A DNA stretch of 64,000 bases from Methanotrichaceae archaeon (GCA_963813075.1 CAWEXU010000017.1:64001-128000), one strand, 5' to 3'. Shown: positions 21,839-32,676, counted from the first letter of the stretch. The notes: a model not told the origin generated them from the sequence alone. Numbers and translations: made by a program.

Positions 21839-23090
21839 TGCTTAGCTTCCAAAATAACATAGCAATATTTTAATACCAGGACCCCAATCTGATATCATGC
21901 CATTTGTGAGTGCTCGCCCTGCTTTGCAGTTAACTGAAGAAGATCTTGAGTACGTTAATAGAGCTAGTAAGTCAAGAACGCTACCGGAAAGTGCAGTTGA
22001 GCGTGCTAAGATCCTTCTTGAATACTATGAGCGCAAATCAATTTCGCAAATTGCGCGAGACTTAGGCACCAATAGGCCCAAAGTTGAGCGTACGATTGAC
22101 AAGGCCTTTGCTTATGGAATTTATGCCGCATTGGAAGATCTACCAAGAAGCGGCAGACCGCGAAAAATATCATCAGGCGCAAGAACATGGATTCTGTCTC
22201 TTGCTTGCTCAAAACCACTGGACCACGGATATCCATACGAATTATGGACACAACGTTTATTAGCAGAACATATCAGGAATCATTGTTTGGATAATGGTTT
22301 TCCAGAATTATCAAAGTTATCTCGTGGCACAGTCTCTAAAATACTTGGCGCGAGCAACGTTAAGCCCCATAAAATTTCGTCATACCTTGCTCCAATCGAT
22401 CCCGAATTTGAGTCAAAAAGCGTTGTTGTACTACATACCTATAAGCAGGTGGAATTGCTCCAACAGATGTCTAAAGAAAATAAGCCGCTCGATATGGTTA
22501 TCATTTCATATGATGAGAAGCCGGGAATCCAAGCTATTGAAAATAAATATTTGGATTTAATGCCTGCATTAGGCAAATATGCCACGCTTTCCCGCGATTA
22601 TGAATATATAAGGCATGGCACAGTATCTCTGCTCGCAGGAATTGATCTTTTGACAGGCACAGTTCATTATAGGATATTCGATAGGCATAGAAGTAAGGAG
22701 TTCGTTGAATTCTTAAAATGTGTCGATTCAGCCTATCCAAAAGATATAAAAATAATTATTATTCTCGACAATGTTAGTGTACATACCTCAAAGGAAACTA
22801 AGAGCTATCTCAAAACAGTTCCGCAACGCTTTCATTTTGTCTTTACACCAAAACATGCCTCATGGCTAAATATAATCGAGAGCCTATTCAGCAAAATGAC
22901 TCGAAGCATGCTGAGGGGGATTCGTGTATCATCCAAAAAAGAGTTGAAGGATCGCATGAGTCAATACATAGACGACATGAATGAAACTCCAACAATATTT
23001 AAATGGAAGTACAAAATGGATAAAATGGCGGGAGGGATTGTTGTCGATAAGGACGACGGGGTATTGATATGTTAATTAGGAACTGCTACA
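21839..23090 (+). mobile_element. IS630-family insertion sequence (~1.25 kb)
   Basis: CTAG is duplicated at 21835-21838 and 23091-23094. Imperfect terminal IRs TGCTTAGCTTCCAAAATAACATA / TGTAGCAGTTCCTAATTAACATA. Lower GC than the host genes. Confidence 0.92.
21897..23075 (+). CDS. IS630-family DDE transposase
   Basis: HTH region 'D.PRSGRPRKI'. Catalytic motifs 'SYDEKPG', 'ILDNVSVH' and 'ASWLNIIE'. Confidence 0.93.
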   Translation: MPFVSARPALQLTEEDLEYVNRASKSRTLPESAVERAKILLEYYERKSISQIARDLGTNRPKVERTIDKAFAYGIYAALEDLPRSGRPRKISSGARTWILSLACSKPLDHGYPYELWTQRLLAEHIRNHCLDNGFPELSKLSRGTVSKILGASNVKPHKISSYLAPIDPEFESKSVVVLHTYKQVELLQQMSKENKPLDMVIISYDEKPGIQAIENKYLDLMPALGKYATLSRDYEYIRHGTVSLLAGIDLLTGTVHYRIFDRHRSKEFVEFLKCVDSAYPKDIKIIIILDNVSVHTSKETKSYLKTVPQRFHFVFTPKHASWLNIIESLFSKMTRSMLRGIRVSSKKELKDRMSQYIDDMNETPTIFKWKYKMDKMAGGIVVDKDDGVLIC

Positions 23091-24215
23091 CTAGTCCTAG
23101 AAGCGGAATGGAAAAGGAGGCGATATGGCCTTGATTTATCTTCCAAATTCCCGAAGTCGTCTTTGCTGCTTCTTCAATGGTATCTCGCATAGTTCTTGAA
23201 TTCCACCAAGCTACAAAAAACTCAGGAAGAATTATTCTAATGTCTAAAGGGACTCGAATAAATAGGTCAGGAAAAATAATACCAGGTAGTGTTTTTTCTA
23301 CTATGCCAGCACGACCGACCAAATCCTTGCTACCGTTTCCACGCACAATGAAAACATCCTTGTCCTTAACTAAATATTGAACGATCTCATTTTCATTAAT
23401 TGGTATCGGCTTTGAGTCCAAACAATTAATCTTGCCGTTTCTTAGCGCAGACAACCTAAGACACTGGACCTGTGATTCAGCACTTGTGGTTTTTACTGAT
23501 AATCCGTTTTTTAAATTCTTTCTTCCTACAAGCTCATCAATAGTAATGATTGAATTCTTTTTATAATTAAAAATGGACCTTGCTATTGATACAGAAAACG
23601 CATTAGTTTCCACCATCGCTCGCCTTCGCAACTCTCGTGCCTCCTCGATCCGGGCGGCCAGTTCCTGGATGCGGGCCACTATGCGGCGCTGCTCGTCCAG
23701 TGGTGGATGTGGAATCACATAGCTAAGAACATTCTCTGGGCGAATAGCAGCATAATTGGTCGATCCTTGGGCAGTAACTTGATCCTGGAACATTTTTGTC
23801 CGGATAAAGTAATCCAGGAATCGACGATCTAAATATTCTTCGTCAAGTGTGAAAATGAAGTAATGACTGCTTACGATAGCCCCTTCCAAATTTTCAGGGA
23901 CAATTCCAAATCCTCCAACTTTGGCATCAATCTCAGCGACCAGAAATTCGCCAGCATGACATACTTGCTGTTTCTTGGTCTTAATTTGCGAACCGTCTAT
24001 CGAATCACGCAAAACGATCCCTTGAGCGTGAAGCTGCACACGACAGCGCTTATAAGTTGAAAGATCATCGATTTGGATGAATTCTTTTCTATATCGTATC
24101 ATATCACCTAGAGGAACATTATCCCATCTCTTTCCAGACATTATTCAATCCTCTAAATGATATACCTGCATTTCCACTGGAATTTCGCAGAAATTGTCTG
24201 CGAAATCTTCCTCGA

Positions 24216-25763
24216 TCATCTCTTCTCCGCCAGCAGCTCTTTTATCTCGCCCATGATCTGCATGATCCTCTCTTCCTTGGCCAGAATCGACTCCACCAGC
24301 TCCTCAGGCGGCAGTTGCTCCAGGTCCTTCTTCCCGTTCGGATTCTTGATATCCAGGTTGTAGTTATTCCCGGCAATCTCCTCCGCCGGCACTCTCCAGG
24401 CCTGCTCGCCCTCGTTCCTCGACCTTCCACCAGGCCAGGCAGTCGGCAAACTCCTCGAACTGCATGGGCTTGGTCTTGGTGTAGTTCTTGCGGCCTTCGG
24501 GCAGGGCCAGCTCGTAGTACCAGACCTCTTTGGTCGGCCCGGATCGGTCGAAGAAGAGCAGGTTGGTGGGAATATTGGTGTAAGGCGCAAAGACGCCATT
24601 GGGCAGGCGCACAATCGTATGCAGGTTGAACTCCTTCAGCAGCTCCTCTTTGATCCTTGCTGCCACTCCGTCCCCGAAGAGCATTCCATTGGGCACGACC
24701 ACGCCCGCGCGCCCGGGCGCGGGCGTGCGACGCAGCTTGCGCATGATGAGCTGCAAGAACAGAAGCGTGGTCTCAGAGGTCTGCTTGTCATCCGGGAAAT
24801 TTCCCAGGATTCCGCGCTCCTCCTCGCCGCCGAAAGGTGGATTGGTCAGGATCACATCCACCCGCTGCTGCATCGCCTATCTCCCGCAGCGGGAAGCGCA
24901 GGCTGTTTTCGGAATCGATCTGCGGATAGTCTATGCCGTGCAAGAGCAGGTTCATCTGGCAGAGCATGTAGGGCAGCGGCTTGGCCTCGCCGCCCTTTAT
25001 GCTGTCCTTCTGCAGCACCTCAAAGTCCTCCACCGTCTTGCACTGCTCGTACAGGTGCTTGTAGGACTCGACCAGAAATCCGCCTGTGCCGCAGGCCGGG
25101 TCCAGGATGGTCTCGCCCAGCCTTGGATCCGTCACCGCCACCATGAAGCGGATGACCGGACGGGGGGTGTAAAACTCGCCCGAGTCGCCCGCAGCGTCCC
25201 TCATCTCTTTGAGCATCGACTCGTAAAGGTGGCTTAGGGTGTGGATCTCCTCAGAGGAGCTGAAGTGGATGGCGTTGATCTTGTTTATCATATCCCGCAG
25301 CAGGTAGCCGCTGATCATGCGGTTGACTGTGCCCCGGAAGATGGTGGCAATCACATCCCGTCCGGTCGCCTCCGTTCGCGCTCTGCAGACTGCGCAGGTA
25401 GGCGAAGAGCCCCTGGCCCTCCTGCCCATCGGGCCGCACTGCTTTGTCCTGGTTGATGAAGGCGATGAGAGCGTCTCCGGTGATGCCGTCCTCCTTCGCC
25501 GCCCAGTCCCGCCAGCGGTAAGGGGCCTCGATGGCTGGACGGAACCTCTCGCCCTTTAAAATTGCCTCTTGCTCCCTGATCTGCTCCATGTCGTCTATGA
25601 ACTTGAGGAACATCACCCAGACCAGCATGGGAAGGCGGTCCAGGTCTCCGGAGAGGCCCTTGTCCTTGCGCATGATATCCCGGCAGGACTTGACGATGCT
25701 GCCTAACTGCTGGGCGGTGGTGAGCTGAGCTTCAGAGGCTTTAGGTTTGCGCGTTCGGGCCAT
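24216..25763 (-). CDS. hsdM: Type I R-M N6-adenine methyltransferase (frameshifts ~25360, ~24870, ~24420)
   Basis: Motifs GEFYTPRPVI, ILDPACGTGGF and ILTNPPFGG across overlapping ORF fragments. Confidence 0.9.
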
Positions 25764-25782
25764 GTTATTACTACTCCTATCA

Positions 25783-28126
25783 TCAAGCGGCGTACAGCAG
25801 CACTTGTAGCTGATCCACCGCTTCCTTTAACCTTTCCGCTCCGCCAAAGATGCCAATTATCTCCCCCACGTTTCCATGCTCGGAAATGGGCGGCACCTTC
25901 AGCACCTCAGGCATCTCGAACTGCGCCGTTCCATGCTCTGAGTACTTCTCCAAAAGCTCCTCCAAAATGACTCTGGCCTCCGGTCCGTACTGCCCGAAGA
26001 AGTCCGGCTTCTTGCGCCGGAGCTGCTCAGCCCGCTGCCTGCGTGTTTGCAGGGGCGCATTGAAGGCCAAATGGCAGAGCAGGTCAAAGGAATCGGCCTC
26101 CGGCTGCCCTGCCTCGCGAGCCAGGTTGGCAAAGTCAATGCCCCGCTCCTCCAGAGCGGCGACTATCTCCGCTCTCTGCTCCAGGTCGGCCCATTTCGCT
26201 CGCAGCTCGGATGCCGTAGGGTAGAGCGTTCTCACCTTCTCTGCAGCATAATCTGTGAACTTGATCACCCGCAGCTGCTTTCCATCCGGGTCCAGCTCGG
26301 AGACGTAGTGCGTGGCGATCTCAAAGTGGCCGCCGTCCACATAGTACTTGCGTGGGGCGTCCTCATCCGGCAATTCTTGATCCTGGCCGTCGCCCTCACC
26401 CTTTCCGCAACCGCCTCCGCTTCGCTTATGGCCATCGGTCTCAATCTCGATACCAATGCGGATCTCCATCAAAAGCCGGATCGGCAAACATCTGCGTGGC
26501 GCTGCCGGTGTAGTCCAGGATGGAAAAGAAGAGCTTGCCATAGTCGTCCCGCACTCGCGTCCCGCGGCCTATGATCTGCTTGAACTCGGTCATGGAGCCG
26601 ATCACCCTCGCCAGGACGATGTTCTTGCAGGTAGGCGCATCCACTCCCGTGGAGAGCAGCTTGGAGGTTGTAAGGATCACAGGTGTCTTCGTCTCCAGCT
26701 CCTGAAACCTGCTCAAATGGCCAATCCCAATCTGTCCCTCGTCCGCCGTCACCCGGCAGACGTAATCAGAATTCTGGGCCACCAGATCGGCATTCAGATT
26801 GTTCAGAGCCCGGCGCATCTCATCCGCATGCTCCTGGTCCACGCAAAAGACGATGGTCTTGGCAAAGCGGTCAGTATTCCTCATGAACTCTGCCAGGTGG
26901 CGGGCAATGGCCTGCGTTCGAGCCCGCAAGGCAACGACGCGCTCGAAATCCTTGGTCTGATACTCGCCATCAGGAATCTCGTAGCCGAAGCGGTCTTTCT
27001 CTCCCTGGCTGGGCCTCCAGCCTGCTGCGTCAACGTCTGTGACAATGCGATGCACCCGGTACGGAGCCAGAAATCCGTCTTCAATTCCCTGCCGCAGGCT
27101 GTAGGTGTAAATGGGATCGCCAAAGTAGGCATAAGTGTCCCGGTTATCATCCCGCAGCGGCGTCGCCGTCATGCCCAACTGATAGGCGGGCTGGAAATAC
27201 TCCAGGATCTCCCTCCAGTTGCTCTCGTCTCTGGCGCTCCCCCGGTGGCACTCGTCTACTATTATCAGATCGAAGAAGTCTGGCGCATACTCCCGGAATA
27301 GGCCCGGACGCCGCTCGTCTTTCGCCAGGGACTGATAGATGGCAAAGTACATCTCCCGGCTCTTGATCGCATCTCCGTTCTCTATCTTCCAACGTGCGTC
27401 TCCAAAGGGCGTGAAAGTCTTATCCTTCGGATCGTCGATGAGTATGTTTCTGTCCGCCAAATACAGAATTCTGGGCTTGCGCGGCTCACCGCGGGAATTC
27501 CACTTCGACTCCCAGAGCTTCCAGCAAATCTGAAATGCCACAAAGGTCTTGCCAGTGCCTGTTGCCATGGTTAGGAGGATGCGTTTCTTTCCCTCTACTA
27601 TAGCCTCAATTGACTTATTGATTGCGATCTCTTGATAGTAGCGGGCGTCTTTTCCCTGGGAGCGATAGTAAGGAGCAAGAAGGCGTTCTTTCTTCTGCGC
27701 ATCCACAATTTTATGCGCATCACAGTAGCGTGACCACAGCTCGCCGGGCGATGGAAACTCTGAAAGTAATCGTTCTATTCCTGTGAAGTAGTCAAACTCA
27801 ATTATCCCATCCCCATTGGTGGCATAGGCAAATTTGAGCCCTAAAATTTCCGCATACTCCTTGGCCTGTTGCAGCCCGTCTCCAGGGTTCCTGTAAATCG
27901 GTTTGGCTTCGACAACAGCAATCTTAAAGTCCCGAGTGAAGCGAAGCAGGTAATCGGCACGCTTCTTCTTTCGGCGCTTGGGCTTATCTCCAATCATTAC
28001 GATTCGCCCGTCTGTGAAATTCTGCTGCTCGGTGAAAGAATGAGGCTCATTATCCCAGCCCGAATGGATCAGCCTGGGTACTACATACTTTCTGCAGGTA
28101 TCAGCTTCATTCAACAGGGATTCCAC
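25783..28126 (-). CDS. hsdR: Type I restriction endonuclease subunit R, EcoEI/EcoAI-like (frameshift ~26450)
   Basis: Nuclease 'ADYLL...VVEAK', Walker A MATGTGKT, DECHRG, MTATP and QIIGRGTR. EcoEI-type C-terminal domain. Confidence 0.92.
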
Positions 28127-28826
28127 TTGTCTCTACGCCTCCAAGACACTACTCTGATATTTGAAAGATCTTGAGATTGGTGAAATCCTATGGTATTTCA
28201 ATCTATCAGTATTTATAGTAAGAGCCTTAAAAACTTTTAAAATTGATTCAATATCCATCAGGGAGGTGGCCACGTAAAGCAAGGAGTGGCAGGCGGGCAA
28301 GGTGGTGGACGCGACCAGACCTGTGGAGAATTAGAGCTATGTGCTCGTACTGCAGGCAAGCACACAGTTCAGCCTGGCCCGCCTGGGGAATATTAGCCTT
28401 TTTATATTCCAGAACCATCAACGGCTTGCCACGATTGTATCCAAGCCTCCCCGGCGTTGAGGGGACCAGGGCATTAGCGCGGGAGGCCAGCAGGCCGACT
28501 CGCGGCGCCCACTGAAAAGCAGCTCTTATGAATAAAAATCAAGCTCTAAATTCATTTCCCCAGACGCGAAGCAACCGAATGATCTCTCCCAGTCGGTCAA
28601 TAACCACACGTCATCTGCTCCATCACCGCCTGGGCCATCACAAGCTGCAGCTATCGCTTTTTACGATCCGTGCATGGGGGCAGCAGTTGTGGCCTCCTAC
28701 AGAAAGGAGTGGCATGCAGGACTGGTAGTGGATGTGGCCTTGCTGTAGAGCAAAATGCGTCATCAGATTGCAGAGCAATCGATGCGCAAGGTTTAGCCCA
28801 GTTGGATAATATTATTCATTCTATGA

Positions 28827-29386
28827 CTAATCCCCTTTGCATATCGCCAGGGTCTCCGCCTTGACCTGCTCCATCTTCTTCTTGCCTACGAATACCTCCA
28901 CCAGCTTCAAAGCGAACTCCATCGCCGTTCCCGGAGCGCGGCTGGTTATGATATTTCCGTCCACCACCACTCGATCACTGAGGAGAACTGGGCGCACGAC
29001 TTCACCTCCTCCACCCCCGAAGGGTGCACAGTGGCCTTCCGGCCCTGCAGGACTCCCGCCTTGATGAGGACCGATGGCGCTGCGCATATCGCCGCCACAT
29101 ACTTTTTCGCCTGATTCATCTCCCGCGCCATCTTCAGTATCCTTTCATCCTTTCCCAGGTTGATGAAGCCGGGCGCACCTCCGGGAAGGACCATGCCGTC
29201 GAAATCCTGCTGGTGGATCCTGTCCAGGGTGGTATCAGGCTGCACCTTAACCCCATGCGCGCCCTCTACCAATCCCTCCTTCAGCCCTGCAGTCACCACA
29301 TCTATTCCCGCCCGTCTCAGAATATCGATGACGTTCATGGCCTCGATCTCTTCGAAGCCATCTGCCAAGGGAACCAATATCTTCAT
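28827..29386 (-). CDS. DJ-1/PfpI (ThiJ/YajL) family protein (frameshift ~29015)
   Basis: Motifs GFEEIEA, LPGG, AAICAAP and '[16 protein letters not shown]'. Confidence 0.88.
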
Positions 29387-29531
29387 GCCTTAATAGCCTC
29401 CTCAATCTGCAATCAGTCTATTGGCATTGAAACCTTAAGTCTATTGCTATTGATGAAGAATAGCAAAATGGCAAAATTAGATCCAATCAAAACGCTAATC
29501 AATAAGGAATGCCTGTTTCACTGTTTGAATC

Positions 29532-29828
29532 ATGATTTGCAGACGCTGCGGAAATTGCTGCATTCATCTGGACATCTTCGTGGTCAATCCCCGGTCAATT
29601 CTTCCCGATGGATGCCTGGATAGAAGTGATCCCGAGGCCATGATCCAAAAGCCCGGCGGGCAGATGTGCCCTCATCTCGCCTTTGTGGTTATGCCAGAGG
29701 GAGAGATAGCGTGCTGCACCATCCACCACCTGCCCTGCTACAGAGATACTCCCTGCGAAAAGTTCGAGCAGATCGGCCCCGAGGACTCCATATGTCTTCT
29801 GAGCAGCTACCTGAAGGAACAGAAATGA
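29532..29828 (+). CDS. YkgJ-like cysteine-cluster (CxxCxxCC) protein
   Basis: Sequence 'CRRCGNCC...CPHL...CTIH...C'. Confidence 0.75.
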   Translation: MICRRCGNCCIHLDIFVVNPRSILPDGCLDRSDPEAMIQKPGGQMCPHLAFVVMPEGEIACCTIHHLPCYRDTPCEKFEQIGPEDSICLLSSYLKEQK

Positions 29829-29877
29829 GTTTGGAATTCGTCTGGAATGTGTCTGCAATGTGTCAATAGAATGTGGC

Positions 29878-30369
29878 CTAACTTCCTTTTGCTTCCAGCC
29901 TCTCCGATGCCATCAGAAATCCTATCGCCCTTTCCGCCAATGGGTACCTATTCACCAGAGCCTTGAACCTCTTGCCATGATTGGGCTCGATCAGGTGAGC
30001 AAGCTCGTGGACGATCACATAGTCCTCCACCCACTGAGGGAGGCTTGCCAGCCGGTTGCTAATGCGAATGGTCCGGGCGGCACAGTTGCATGAGCCGCGA
30101 CGGTGCTCCTGGCGAGAGGAATACTGAATGCTGTTCCAGGCTAAGCTTCCCTGAAAATACCTATTGTTCAGAGCCGCAGCCCTCTGGCTCAAATGAGTGT
30201 CGTCTTTGGGATAGACCCTCTTCTCAAGCCTGATCTGCAGCTTCTCTATGTGGACCTGAAGAGCGGCATCTGAGATTGAGGCCGGAGCTAAGACCTCCAT
30301 CTTTCCCCCTACCATCCGGGCCTGAATGGTCCTTTTCCGTCGCGCAGATCTCTTCACCACGATTTCCAT
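29878..30369 (-). CDS. YgjP/SprT-like (DUF45) zinc metallohydrolase
   Basis: Motifs 'RGSC' and 'YVIVHELAHLIEPNH'. Confidence 0.85.
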   Translation of the reverse strand: MEIVVKRSARRKRTIQARMVGGKMEVLAPASISDAALQVHIEKLQIRLEKRVYPKDDTHLSQRAAALNNRYFQGSLAWNSIQYSSRQEHRRGSCNCAARTIRISNRLASLPQWVEDYVIVHELAHLIEPNHGKRFKALVNRYPLAERAIGFLMASERLEAKGS

Positions 30370-30520
30370 AAAAGCTGGCCCCTCCTGAGCGATGATAGTA
30401 TAGGGTGGTATTAATAACTTTCTTTCTGAAGTTTATCATGAACTACAGAGGAAATAGTCATGATATATTATCGTATATCTTCAATAAGTTTTATCGACAT
30501 ATCTAAATCACTCTCAGCCA

Positions 30521-30574
30521 AACAAACCTCATCCTAACAAACCTCCTCCAACAAACCTTCGGGCCAACAAACCT
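30521..30574. repeat. Four copies of AACAAACCT at 14-16 bp spacing
   Basis: Copies start at 30521, 30536, 30550 and 30566. Confidence 0.85.
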
Positions 30575-30693
30575 CTGCCAATAATCACAATTTTTTCCGG
30601 CCACCCGTAAAGGTCATTAACTATGAGACTATTTAAAAAATACATAAGTTTATATCGATATTAGCCTGAAATATACCGAGGGGGTTATCAATC

Positions 30694-32676
30694 TTGGGAA
30701 CCGATGAGATCAAAGAGATACAAAGCAAGATCAAGGGAATGAGTCTCACCTGGGCGGCAGGAAAGACGGATGTCTCAGAACTGGCACCGGAGGAGAAGAT
30801 GCGCTACCTTGGCCTGGTCATTCCGGAGGAAGAGAAGATGATGATCCAGCAGCTGGCGGAAAGGGATCGCACTCTGGCTGCCAGGGCCGGGGCAGCTTCC
30901 ATATATCCCACTCAGTGGGACTGGAGGGACGTATCCGGCAACGACTGGACGACGCCGATCAGGGATCAGAAGCAGTGCGGCTCTTGTGTTGCCTTTGCCA
31001 CTGTGGCGGCCATTGAGGCCAATTTGGAGATCTTCAAGAGGGACCCGGCCCTCAATCCAGATCTCTCTGAGGCCGACCTCTTCTTCAGAGGCTGCGGCGA
31101 CTGCTGCGGACGGGGCTGGTATTTCGCCCCTGCCCTGAGATTTGCCCAGTCCAGCGGAGTGCCGGACGAGGGATGCAATCCTTACCAGGGGGATAGTACC
31201 GGCAGCTGCACGGACAGGGACAAAAGGGTGGTCAAGATAGAGAGCTACAAGACCATAACCAATAGCTCTCAGGCTAAGGAATGGCTCAGCCAGCGGGGTC
31301 CGCTCATCAGCGGATTTAGCGTCTATGAGGACTTCTTCTATTATGAGAAAGGGGTCTACCAGAACGCATACGGCGGATTTATGGGCGACCATGCGGTATG
31401 CATCGTGGGCTTCGATGACGCCAAGGGCTGCTGGATCTGCAAGAACAGCTGGGGACAGGGCTGGGGGGAGAGCGGCTGGTTCAAGATCGCCTATGGTGAA
31501 TGCGGAATGGGCGGCCAGTTCCCATTCTATGGCATCCAGTTCACGGCAGACGACGACCTGGTCATGCCCAGATCGGGAAGGGTGATTGTGCGTTTTACCG
31601 GCAGGAACACCCCACTGGATAACGAGATCTGGCTGTACCGCCCTGAGGAGAAGCTGATCTTCCGGGCAGTGGACTCTGAAATGGGCAAGATCTACGATCT
31701 GGGGGTCTATCCATCCGGGACCAGGCTCACATTCGCCCTGAAGACCTCGGATGGGCACGTCTACTACAGCGACCAGCTCTTAAACGACGACGTCTGCGAC
31801 CATGTGAACAGGACCAGCATAGGGACCTTCAAATGGCAACTGAATTGGGAGGACCTCTACGGCCTGGGAGAGAAGGACTACAACGATGTTATAATGGAGA
31901 TTGAGATCTACAGCGCCACCACCGAGGACGTGGTTATGCCCAAAGAGGGGAGGGTCTTTGCCACCCTCAAAAGAAGGTATGCCGCCACGAAAGAGGAGTT
32001 CAGGCTGAGTTCCCCTGAGGACCGGCTGATCTTCACCCTGGACAGCCCCATGGGAAAGGCAGTGGACCTGGGAAAGTACCCCGAAGGGGCAAGGCTAACA
32101 TTTGCCTTCAAGACCCTGGAAGGCTACACCTTTTACACCGATCAGGTGAAAAACCCGGATTTTCTGAGCCATGTGAGAAAGCTTCCTACCGGATACAACA
32201 AGTGGGAGCTGCGCTGGGAGAAATCCTATGGCATGCGCTTCAAAAGCTACCGGGATCTCACGGCGGAGATAACGGTGGCCCCCATCGTCCGCGAGGATGT
32301 AGTTTTAGAGAAAGACAGCCATGTGGTGGCCAGGCTGGTCAGCAAGAACACTCCTCTTCACAACCAGTTCTGGCTCTATCTGCCGGAGAAGAAGCTGATC
32401 TTCGACTCCATCCAGGGGAACGTGGGCAAGAGCTTTGAGGTGGGAGACTATCCCGCAGGGACCAGGCTGGTCTTTGCCCTGCAGACCCAGGATGGTGCCT
32501 TCTTCTACACGGACAGCGGCCTGAACGATGACGGCAAATCGCATGTCCTCAAGCTGAAGCTCGGATCGAGCAAATGCCAGCTTCGCTGGGAGGACCTATA
32601 CGGGCTGAAGGACACTGACTACAACGACCTGGTGGTGGAGATCAAGATGGATCCGATGTTGGATCCAAAGCAATAG
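30694..32676 (+). CDS. Papain-family (C1A) cysteine protease with three C-terminal DUF4114-like repeats
   Basis: Catalytic motifs QKQCGSCVAF, GDHAV and KNSWG. Three ~123-aa repeats, two ending 'WEDLYG...DYND'. Confidence 0.9.
   Translation: MGTDEIKEIQSKIKGMSLTWAAGKTDVSELAPEEKMRYLGLVIPEEEKMMIQQLAERDRTLAARAGAASIYPTQWDWRDVSGNDWTTPIRDQKQCGSCVAFATVAAIEANLEIFKRDPALNPDLSEADLFFRGCGDCCGRGWYFAPALRFAQSSGVPDEGCNPYQGDSTGSCTDRDKRVVKIESYKTITNSSQAKEWLSQRGPLISGFSVYEDFFYYEKGVYQNAYGGFMGDHAVCIVGFDDAKGCWICKNSWGQGWGESGWFKIAYGECGMGGQFPFYGIQFTADDDLVMPRSGRVIVRFTGRNTPLDNEIWLYRPEEKLIFRAVDSEMGKIYDLGVYPSGTRLTFALKTSDGHVYYSDQLLNDDVCDHVNRTSIGTFKWQLNWEDLYGLGEKDYNDVIMEIEIYSATTEDVVMPKEGRVFATLKRRYAATKEEFRLSSPEDRLIFTLDSPMGKAVDLGKYPEGARLTFAFKTLEGYTFYTDQVKNPDFLSHVRKLPTGYNKWELRWEKSYGMRFKSYRDLTAEITVAPIVREDVVLEKDSHVVARLVSKNTPLHNQFWLYLPEKKLIFDSIQGNVGKSFEVGDYPAGTRLVFALQTQDGAFFYTDSGLNDDGKSHVLKLKLGSSKCQLRWEDLYGLKDTDYNDLVVEIKMDPMLDPKQ

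Larger units (their letters stand above)
21692..24141 (-). pseudogene. hsdS: Type I R-M specificity subunit interrupted near its 3' end by IS630
   Basis: Two TRDs with the central 'PPLDEQRRIVARI' region. The remainder 'EEQHRIVAYLD...LLPAVLERAFQGEL*' lies beyond the IS at 21692-21838. Confidence 0.9.

Noticed and set aside
28260..28800. ORFs 28243-28515, 28528-28728 and 28670-28864, or a structured ncRNA
   Set aside because: No motifs or convincing RBS. Only the duplicated fragment is supportable.
29878..30369. YgjP-like gene as part of the R-M island
   Set aside because: YgjP genes often neighbour hsdR, but this one is separated by DJ-1 and YkgJ-like genes plus a 700-bp gap.
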